Assembly: GCA_030668825.1 (NCBI GenBank)
Contig: DAOVET010000063.1
Span: 1 to 14,640 of the forward strand
DNA from: Candidatus Heimdallarchaeota archaeon
GTDB lineage: Archaea; Asgardarchaeota; Heimdallarchaeia; Heimdallarchaeales; Heimdallarchaeaceae
Direction: 5' to 3'
Length of the DNA stretch: 14,640 bases
Shown here: one piece after another, positions 7,989 through 14,640 of the stretch
Layout of the letters: every line of letters begins with the position of its first letter
Numbering within the stretch: position 1 is the stretch's first letter
Notes under the pieces: model-generated
Told to the model about the DNA's origin: nothing
Database searches by the model: none
Seen by the model: the letters and a program-made list of their open reading frames with translations, nothing else
Translations under genes and position numbers: made by a program

Positions 7989-9878
7989 ATGGATTATAGA
8001 AATAAGATGGAAGAAATCATTTCAGGAAAAAATCGATTATCTGAGGAAGAACGTTTAAAGCTAGACTTCAAACCTGACGAAATTCCCCCCCTTCCAAAAG
8101 GAGAAGAGGCTTTGAAACCTAGTACAAAGGCAGGATGGGAGACTGAAGCTATTATCAGAGCAATGATATCTAATCTGCATAATGGTAGAGATTGGGAATC
8201 ATTATACATCTATGGTGGTTCTGGTAAAGTAGCTAGAGACTGGAAATCATTCTATGAAACCATTGATCTCTTAAAAAACTTAGAACCGAATGAAACATTA
8301 TTTTTGCAATCCGGTGTTCCTTATGGTAAGATGCAAACAACACGCTGGTCCCCCAGATGTGTTATAACAAATAGCGTTATTGTTCCTCATTGGGCACCTA
8401 ATTTTGAAGAATTTGTTGCTTCAGGATTATCTGTCTATGGACAAATGACAGCTGGTTCGTTTATATTCATAGGATTACAAGGTATTATTCAAGGAACTTA
8501 TGAAACAATTGCAGCTGCTATCAAAGCTGCAGAAAAGAAAGATGCTTATCAGAAATTATCTAATTTTGAGAAAAAGCTAATTGTTAGCGCTGGTTTAGGT
8601 TTAATGAGTGGAGCACAACCCCTATCAATCAAAATGTGTGGTAAAATCGCTATAGTTGCTGAAGTAAATCCAAACTTAATAGATCGAATGTATAATACGG
8701 GAAGAAATCAAGGGGTTCCTTATCTTGATTATAAGACTGAATCTATTGAAGAAGCAATAAAAATTGCTAGAGAAGCTGCTGCTAAAGATCAATCCATTTC
8801 TATAGGCGTTTTATGCAATGCTGTTGACCTTCTACAGTATCTTGTTGATAATAATATCACTCCTCATGTTCTAACTGATCAAACATCAGCACATGATTTG
8901 TTAAATGGTTATTACCCCATGGATATTTCCTATGATGAGGCAGATATTCTAAGAGTTGAAAGCCCTGAAGAATATATCGAACAATCTAGAAAGACTGTTA
9001 TTCGTCATGTAAGTCAGATGGTTGAGCTAAATAAGCGAGGATCAGAAACATTTGATTATGGTAACAATATTCGACAACAAGCCTATGAATTGGGTGTGAA
9101 AGACGCCTTTGATTATGGAGGATTTGTTCTAGAGTATGTTAGACCACTTTTCTGTGAAGGAAAGGGACCTTTCAGATGGATGGCTTTGAGCAATGACCCC
9201 CAAGATATCAGAACTACTGATGACTACGCAAAGAAGTTATTCTTTGATGATAAACAGTTAGTGAATTGGTTGGAGTTAGCCGATAAATATATTCCTTTTG
9301 AAAATGGATTGCCGGCTAGAGTTTTTTGGGCAGGTTTTATTGGACGAGCAGCTTTTGGAATGTTAATGAACAAACTTGTTGCAGAAGGAATTCTTAAAGC
9401 TCCTGTTGTTATAGGAAGGGATCATCTTGATGGGGGAAGTGTTGCATCCCCAAACAGAGAAACCGAAGGTATGAAAGATGGCAGTGATGCTATAGGAGAT
9501 TATCCTGTTCTAAATCTGATGGGGAACGCATTGAGTGGAGCAACTTGGGTTTCATATCATGGTGGTGGAGGAGTGGGGGTAGGATATTCTCTTCATGCAG
9601 GACAAGTAATTATAGCTGATGGAACTAAGCTTTCGCAAGAAAGATTATTCAGAGTACTTACCTGGGATCCAATGAGTGCAGTCTTAAGGCACGCAGCTGC
9701 AGGATATGAGAAAGCCATTGAAATTGGAGAGAAACATCAATTAGTTATACCAGGAAAAAATGAGAATAAAGAATTTGATTATAATAAACTATATCAACAC
9801 ATAATTAGTTGGGTTAAAGAAAGAACAGGAATAGAGTTATTTCAACAATTAGAGAAACTAGAGTTAGATCTAACCTGA
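7989..9878 (+). CDS. hutU: Urocanate hydratase (urocanase) family protein, divergent
   Basis: YGG, QSG, GQMTAGS, QGIIQGTYET, TDQTSAHD, FDYGNNIR, EGKGPFRW, GRDHLD, ASPNRETEGMKDGSDA, GATWVSYHGGGGVG and RHAAAGY; AGGTGA SD at 7979-7984. Confidence 0.92.
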   Translation: MDYRNKMEEIISGKNRLSEEERLKLDFKPDEIPPLPKGEEALKPSTKAGWETEAIIRAMISNLHNGRDWESLYIYGGSGKVARDWKSFYETIDLLKNLEPNETLFLQSGVPYGKMQTTRWSPRCVITNSVIVPHWAPNFEEFVASGLSVYGQMTAGSFIFIGLQGIIQGTYETIAAAIKAAEKKDAYQKLSNFEKKLIVSAGLGLMSGAQPLSIKMCGKIAIVAEVNPNLIDRMYNTGRNQGVPYLDYKTESIEEAIKIAREAAAKDQSISIGVLCNAVDLLQYLVDNNITPHVLTDQTSAHDLLNGYYPMDISYDEADILRVESPEEYIEQSRKTVIRHVSQMVELNKRGSETFDYGNNIRQQAYELGVKDAFDYGGFVLEYVRPLFCEGKGPFRWMALSNDPQDIRTTDDYAKKLFFDDKQLVNWLELADKYIPFENGLPARVFWAGFIGRAAFGMLMNKLVAEGILKAPVVIGRDHLDGGSVASPNRETEGMKDGSDAIGDYPVLNLMGNALSGATWVSYHGGGGVGVGYSLHAGQVIIADGTKLSQERLFRVLTWDPMSAVLRHAAAGYEKAIEIGEKHQLVIPGKNENKEFDYNKLYQHIISWVKERTGIELFQQLEKLELDLT

Positions 9879-9896
9879 TTTGTTCTACTTTTTTTT
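9879..9896 (+). terminator. T-rich tract after the hutU stop codon
   Basis: TTTGTTCTACTTTTTTTT directly follows TGA. Confidence 0.5.
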
Positions 9897-10045
9897 AATA
9901 TAGGCACACTTTTACAATTATACATTAATCTTTTTTGTTTAATCAATTATAAAAAATTGAATCGGGTTTGACTTGAGAACCTCTTGTGCACAATGTATCG
10001 TGACTTATTCATAACTTTAATAAAGACCTACTGGAGTTTTCGACC

Positions 10046-11404
10046 ATGAAAATTGTTTATATCGGGCACGGATCTTCTGGTTGGACATCAGCTACCACTC
10101 TCCGTGCTTGGGATAGAAATGCAGAAATCACTATAATTGATAAGAAAAATTATGATGCATATCACCCTTGTGCTATGCCTTATGTGATTGGTGGGTTATT
10201 GAAAGATGAAAGTCCTCTAATCGAAACTTTGAATTATCAGATGATGAAAATAAACTTTTTACGTCGTCATGAAGCTCTCAAAATCGATCGCCAAAATAAG
10301 AAAGTCAGTGTTAAAAATCTAGAAACTGATGAAGTTTTAGATATCGAATATGATCATCTTGTTCTTTGCATTGGTTCTAAAGCTAAACGCCCACCTATTC
10401 CTGGAGCTGATGGAAAAAATGTTTATGTTCTAAAATGGATTGAAGATTCAGCAAAGATACGCGAAGCTGCTGCAACAGCTTCCAAAGTTGCAGTTGTAGG
10501 CGCTTCTGCAATAGGGCTTGAAGTTGCAACAGAACTCGCCCATAGAGGTATCGAAACAGTAGTTCTTGCAAGATCAAGGATTATGCGTCTGCTTATAGAT
10601 CCAGATTATGCAGATAAAACGGTAAAACTTCTAGAAGAAAAGCTGCCCAAACTAAAATTCGTTTTGGGAGTAGGAATTAATGAGATTATTCTAGATGAAA
10701 ATGGTATGGCAACAAAAGTCACAACAGATCAAGGAGACTTTGATTGTGATTTTGTTGTCGCTGCTACAGGAGTCAAACCAGAAGTAACTTTAGCACAAGA
10801 AGCAGGGCTAGAAATTGGTGAATCTGGTGCAATTGTCACTGATGATGAATTGAGAACTTCTGATCCCAACATACTTGCTGTTGGTGATTGTGCAGAAACA
10901 ACTCATTTAATTTCAAAGAAACCAATCAATTCAGCAATAGCAACTTGCTGTGTTCGAATGGCAAGAGTCGCAGCTATGACACTTGCTAGACCAGGAACTT
11001 TGAAATTCCCAGGAACAATGAACAATTTCATAGTACCATATATAGATCTTCGAATTGGATCAGTAGGATTAATCAAAAAAGCTGCTGAAGACGCTGGTTT
11101 TGAGGTTGTTACTGCTAAAATTAAAACACTCAGCAAACCACGATATATGCCCGATGCTGTAGAATTACTTTTCAAAATACTGGCTGATAAGAATACTGGA
11201 AAAATACTTGGTGCTCAAGCAATTGGTCCTGATTCAATCACAGATAATTTGAATGTGATTTCTATGGGATTACAAAGTGAGATGACTTTCCAAGAGTTAC
11301 TAGAAGCTGATTTATGTTATGCACCTGCAGTAAATGAGACAATTTATCCTGTCACCCAGGCTTTAGAAATGATCTCAAGAAAAATGTTAAGAAGAAAAAA
11401 ATAA
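10046..11404 (+). CDS. FAD-dependent pyridine nucleotide-disulfide oxidoreductase, CoA-disulfide reductase / NADH oxidase / sulfur reductase family
   Basis: FAD motif GHGSSG, redox Cys42 in YHPCAMPY, second Rossmann fold VVGASAIGLE, ATGVKP, TSDPNILAVGD, GKILGAQ and dimerisation-domain LCYAP; 452 aa. Confidence 0.9.
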   Translation: MKIVYIGHGSSGWTSATTLRAWDRNAEITIIDKKNYDAYHPCAMPYVIGGLLKDESPLIETLNYQMMKINFLRRHEALKIDRQNKKVSVKNLETDEVLDIEYDHLVLCIGSKAKRPPIPGADGKNVYVLKWIEDSAKIREAAATASKVAVVGASAIGLEVATELAHRGIETVVLARSRIMRLLIDPDYADKTVKLLEEKLPKLKFVLGVGINEIILDENGMATKVTTDQGDFDCDFVVAATGVKPEVTLAQEAGLEIGESGAIVTDDELRTSDPNILAVGDCAETTHLISKKPINSAIATCCVRMARVAAMTLARPGTLKFPGTMNNFIVPYIDLRIGSVGLIKKAAEDAGFEVVTAKIKTLSKPRYMPDAVELLFKILADKNTGKILGAQAIGPDSITDNLNVISMGLQSEMTFQELLEADLCYAPAVNETIYPVTQALEMISRKMLRRKK

Positions 11405-11405
11405 C

Positions 11406-11452
11406 TATGAATAGTGATGAGTGATTAAACTCATCTTCATATTTCTTTTCTT
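11406..11452 (+). terminator. Stem-loop plus pyrimidine tract downstream of the flavoprotein gene
   Basis: Inner stem GATGAGT (11416-22) / ACTCATC (11429-35) with a 6-nt loop; outer stem TATGAA (11406-11) / TTCATA (11436-41) with a 4-nt bulge; followed by TTTCTTTTCTT. Confidence 0.6.
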
Positions 11453-11464
11453 CCAATTCTATTT

Positions 11465-11487
11465 TAATATTCTAGAATATTATATAA
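11465..11487 (+). promoter_or_regulatory. Perfect 18-bp palindrome TAATATTCTAGAATATTA overlapping the TATA-like TTATATAA upstream of the ureohydrolase
   Basis: Palindrome at 11465-11482; TTATATAA at 11480-11487, about 40 nt before the ATG at 11527. Confidence 0.55.
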
Positions 11488-11526
11488 GTTAGAAAAACAA
11501 TCATACTTTGTGTTAAGTGATTGAAG

Positions 11527-12474
11527 ATGAATAAATATAAGCCAATTGATCCTATAAAATCACCTAGATTTTCAGGAATCCAAACATTCATGCGTTTACC
11601 TTTTGTTAAAAAATTGGAAGGAGTAGATTTCGCAATAATAGGCGTACCCTCAGATGCAGGGGCATCTTTTAGGACAGGACAAAGAGAAGGTCCAGCAGCA
11701 ATTAGGAAAATATCAGCTCTACTTAGGCACCACAATCCAATATTGAACATTAGTCCTTACGAATTTCTTTCAGGGATAGACTATGGAGATTTACCTGTTG
11801 TCCCAGGATATATCGAAGAGGGGTACAAAAGAATCGAAGAGAGTTTACTTCCTGTTTTAGAAGCAGGAATTATACCCATTCTACTTGGTGGTGACCATGC
11901 AATAACTTTACCAGAATTGAGGGCTATTACTAAGATTCATGGTCCTGTGAGTTTGTTACATTTTGATTCTCATAGTGATACTGTCGACGAATATTTTGGT
12001 ATGCCATATAATCATGGAACACCATTTAAAAGAGCAGTTGAAGAAAATCTTTTACTTGCTGATAATTCAATACAGGTAGGATTAAGAGGATCAATTTATT
12101 CCCCAGAGCATTTAGAAATTCCAAAATCTTTAGGATTTGATATTGTTACAACAGAAGAGATTAGAGAAATAGGGTTGGATTCCTTAATAGAACGAATTAA
12201 AAATAGAATAGGAAAAACTAAAGTTTTTCTATCCTTTGACATCGACTTCGTTGATCCAGCGTATGCACCTGGAACGGGAACTCCTGAAGTTGGAGGGTTT
12301 ACAAGTGGAGAAACGTTGAAATTAATTAGGGGATTAAAGGATTTGAATTACATAGGTTTTGATGTTGTTGAGGTTTTACCAGCTTCTGATCCTTCTGAAA
12401 TTACGGCACTTTTAGCTGCAAATATTGTTTATGAGTTTATCTCTATTCTTGCTTATATAAAGAAGAAAAAGTGA
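11527..12474 (+). CDS. speB: Agmatinase-family ureohydrolase (agmatinase / guanidinobutyrase-like)
   Basis: PRFSGIQTFMRLP, GQREGPAAIR, GGDHAIT, HFDSHSD, NHGTPF, SFDIDFVDPAYAPGTGTPEVGG and FDVVEVLP; the full binuclear Mn ligand set is present. ATG 11527 preferred over TTG 11521. Exact substrate uncertain. Confidence 0.85.
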   Translation: MNKYKPIDPIKSPRFSGIQTFMRLPFVKKLEGVDFAIIGVPSDAGASFRTGQREGPAAIRKISALLRHHNPILNISPYEFLSGIDYGDLPVVPGYIEEGYKRIEESLLPVLEAGIIPILLGGDHAITLPELRAITKIHGPVSLLHFDSHSDTVDEYFGMPYNHGTPFKRAVEENLLLADNSIQVGLRGSIYSPEHLEIPKSLGFDIVTTEEIREIGLDSLIERIKNRIGKTKVFLSFDIDFVDPAYAPGTGTPEVGGFTSGETLKLIRGLKDLNYIGFDVVEVLPASDPSEITALLAANIVYEFISILAYIKKKK

Positions 12475-12480
12475 AAAGAA

Positions 12481-14145
12481 CTACTTCTTTCTTCTCTTGA
12501 TTCTCTTTCTGTATCTTACAATAGCTATGGAAGAAGTTATAACAATAACACCGCCTCCAATAGATGCTGCATAGTAAATTATCTCGTTATTCAAGTTATC
12601 AAATTTGACTATCATTGATGTTTGATTAGATAGACCAGCTTTATCTACAGCTACAGCTGTTATGTTGTGTAGTCCTTCTGTATAGAGACTCGTGTTGCAT
12701 GAGAACTGAAGCTCAGGGTATGGATAGTAATCAGGCATAGCTAAACTACCTACTAGCAAACCATCAATATAAAGTTCAATGGTTTCCAATTCTTGATTAT
12801 CATCACCCTTTGCAAATATTTCTACTACATTTGAAAGAACATCTCCAGAGTGTGGTTTTGTTATATAAATTGATGGAGCTTCTGTATCTGGGGGAATCTC
12901 TCCATCTGCATTGAAGGACAGTGAGGTTGAAACAATATCTGCTGCCAATCCATCTGCATCATATGCTAGAATATTAACTATAAATGAATCGCCAAGAGCA
13001 AGACCATCGAATGCTGCATCACCTGAGTAAATTCCATTCATTAAAGGATCTTCTAATTCAACCATTTGTATTTCATCATCATTAATTGGGTACATATATC
13101 CATTCAGCGGATCAAAGGGTTCCCAATCTGAAGGTACGAATCTTGCATAAACATTACTTATTCCCGTAGAGCTTTCAACTCTTACATCAATATTTACTAC
13201 ACTGGTAAAAGGATCCCAGATTTCGTAAATAGGCAAAGGAATCATTTCTATTTCTATTTTAGGAAAACATACTATTGGTTTAGCCCAAATCCTCACATTT
13301 AATGCATCATAACCATCTCCGCCAGTAGGTAAGTAATCATTCGGATATACAGGACTCCCAGACTTATCATGATTGTCATCAATCCATGGAGTTTGTTGGC
13401 AGCCAAGATTTCTTATGTGATAAACAGCATTTTCAAATGCTGTTCCGATTGTTGCACAAGATGCTATAGATGACCAAAAGGATTCTGAAAAAGCTCCATT
13501 CGTTCTATCGGCATTGAAAGCTGCTCCAAAGTTAGTACTAGTTGATGTTACAATAATCCTATTATCTTTACTCAAGGAATCAATAAATGAACCAGAATGG
13601 CAGCCTTCAATTACAACAACAATTCTTTTACATCCTGTAGTTGCTTCAAAATTGTTCAGATAAGAATTCAGATTGTAATCCCACAAAGCATCCTCTACCA
13701 TTATGGCAAGAGCATTTACATCTCCATGAGATAGAAGATATATACCAAGACTTTGAGTAGAATTGACATGCTGTGGTGCCCATGTTTCAATTGCGTATTG
13801 AATATTGACTTTTGTTGAAGATGTATTAACATAAGGTTGACTAGGACCTACTTCAGGACCCATATAGAATATTTTATCTGATGTAAAACCTTTGTTTCTT
13901 AGTATTTCGTAGGTTATATTGCAACCATTTTGAATTGCGTCCATATCTCCATGGTCCCACCTATCTCCTCCAAATATAATCCAAGCACTTTGTACTTCGC
14001 TACTCACAGGAGCTTCTTTTATACAAGAAGAACAGGTTTCAGCCTGTACAATTGATTGGTGGTGATTGGATTGTATACTTATCATAAATGGATTGGTGAT
14101 TACCAGTAATATCAGTATTAACAGTTGTTTAGTCTTGTTTCTCAT
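12481..14145 (-). CDS. Secreted, C-terminally anchored clan CD cysteine peptidase (C13 legumain/caspase-like fold) with Ig-like domain
   Basis: Signal peptide MRNKTKQLLILILLVIT; catalytic dyad LSHG (His140) and IEGCHSGSF (Cys182); RIIVTST and FSESFW follow. Ig-like segment DTEAPSIYITKP...IELYIDG...GLHNITAVAVDKAGLSNQTS; TM helix plus RYRKRIKRRKK. Confidence 0.82.
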   Translation of the reverse strand: MRNKTKQLLILILLVITNPFMISIQSNHHQSIVQAETCSSCIKEAPVSSEVQSAWIIFGGDRWDHGDMDAIQNGCNITYEILRNKGFTSDKIFYMGPEVGPSQPYVNTSSTKVNIQYAIETWAPQHVNSTQSLGIYLLSHGDVNALAIMVEDALWDYNLNSYLNNFEATTGCKRIVVVIEGCHSGSFIDSLSKDNRIIVTSTSTNFGAAFNADRTNGAFSESFWSSIASCATIGTAFENAVYHIRNLGCQQTPWIDDNHDKSGSPVYPNDYLPTGGDGYDALNVRIWAKPIVCFPKIEIEMIPLPIYEIWDPFTSVVNIDVRVESSTGISNVYARFVPSDWEPFDPLNGYMYPINDDEIQMVELEDPLMNGIYSGDAAFDGLALGDSFIVNILAYDADGLAADIVSTSLSFNADGEIPPDTEAPSIYITKPHSGDVLSNVVEIFAKGDDNQELETIELYIDGLLVGSLAMPDYYPYPELQFSCNTSLYTEGLHNITAVAVDKAGLSNQTSMIVKFDNLNNEIIYYAASIGGGVIVITSSIAIVRYRKRIKRRKK

Positions 14146-14211
14146 TTTATTCTAATATATCTCAACTCTTTAATGTCTAATAAATCTATCTGGAATTCTT
14201 GAACAAGAGAA

Positions 14212-14230
14212 ATTTCACAGTGTGTGAAAT
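14212..14230. promoter_or_regulatory. Inverted repeat ATTTCACA-GTG-TGTGAAAT upstream of the peptidase gene
   Basis: Perfect 8-bp arms at 14212-14219 and 14223-14230, 67-85 nt upstream of the ATG at 14145. Confidence 0.45.
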
Positions 14231-14357
14231 AGAACTGAATTGAAATAGTAATAGTTTTTAATGCTTACCTTGTCTTCAAGTTATGTCTGATAAAGAGATG
14301 ATTAAGCATACAGATTCAAGTATGAATACTAGTTTCTATCAAAAAAGGAGCAGATGA

Positions 14358-14639
14358 TTAGAGTGGAGTTTGCTCGAATCTTGCTTGGAAAAATCTCAAA
14401 TGTTTTGGTTCATAAATCATTTTTAATCCTGGAATTGTATCTCTTCTTTCGTATAGATTTATTACTGAATTTGCAACATACTCCATGTGAGTATTTGTAT
14501 AAACCCTTCTAGGAATCGTTAGTCTAACCAGTTCTAATACAGGAAAGATATTCTCACCAGTTTTTGAATCTCTACCCATTGAAACAGCACCTCTTTCCAT
14601 AGTCCTAACCGCAGAATGTTCATATATCGCCGCTGATAA
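14358..14639 (-). CDS. tpl: Tyrosine phenol-lyase (beta-eliminating lyase family), C-terminal part; 5' end lies beyond the window
   Basis: The frame is open to the window edge (LSAAIYEHSAVRTMERG...). VRLTIPRRVYT and YEPKHLRFFQARF are family motifs. MERG and RFF match TPL rather than tryptophanase (VEIG; RHF in E. coli TnaA). Confidence 0.8.
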   Translation of the reverse strand, partial: LSAAIYEHSAVRTMERGAVSMGRDSKTGENIFPVLELVRLTIPRRVYTNTHMEYVANSVINLYERRDTIPGLKMIYEPKHLRFFQARFEQTPL

Positions 14640-14640
14640 T

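Noticed and set aside
6685-10045. SurR-type (GTT-N3-AAC) regulation of pdo and the flavoprotein
   Set aside because: No GTT-N3-AAC was found by eye in the intergenic regions upstream of either gene.
11406-11441. 3' UTR hairpin as a SECIS element for the redox flavoprotein
   Set aside because: No in-frame TGA occurs in the flavoprotein or PDO, and the ATGA is Watson-Crick paired rather than forming a GA/GA quartet; a terminator is the simpler reading.
4430-11750. Other short antisense ORFs (4430-4621, 4902-5117, 7082-7273, 7994-8209, 10395-10577, 10903-11175, 11472-11750)
   Set aside because: All lie wholly or mostly antisense to longer, better-supported genes and show no recognisable motifs.
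7989-12474. A complete hut operon
   Set aside because: No histidine ammonia-lyase or imidazolonepropionase is present, terminator-like signals separate the three genes, and the ureohydrolase motifs fit the agmatinase type better than HutG.
1-14640. Mobile element, prophage, defence system, tRNA/rRNA or alternative genetic code
   Set aside because: No transposase, integrase, terminal repeats or structured RNA gene was recognised, composition looks uniform, and TAA, TAG and TGA all end genes at expected family lengths.

Overview
AT-rich (about one-third GC by eye), densely coding prokaryotic window read with the standard code 11. GGTGA-type Shine-Dalgarno motifs, TATA-like boxes, an archaeal-type protein disulfide oxidoreductase, a stand-alone ADP-forming acyl-CoA synthetase beta subunit, a long TPR protein and C-terminally anchored surface proteins point to an archaeon, plausibly Asgard (inference, not proven). 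There are twelve genes: a 5'-truncated TPR protein, purB, a secreted membrane-anchored metallophosphoesterase, an unknown membrane protein with a 6x15-bp (KPEEP) tandem repeat, PDO, parvulin, acdB, a divergent urocanate hydratase, a CoA-disulfide reductase/NADH oxidase-family flavoprotein, an agmatinase-family ureohydrolase, a secreted membrane-anchored clan CD (C13/legumain-like) protease with an Ig-like domain, and the 3' end of tyrosine phenol-lyase. The right half resembles a loose peptide/amino-acid fermentation neighbourhood. No RNA genes, CRISPR arrays or mobile elements were seen. The best leads are the C13 protease with Gpi8/PIG-K-like topology, the motif-altered urocanase and flavoprotein, the repeat-bearing membrane protein and several promoter-proximal palindromes. 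None is a demonstrated new system from sequence alone.
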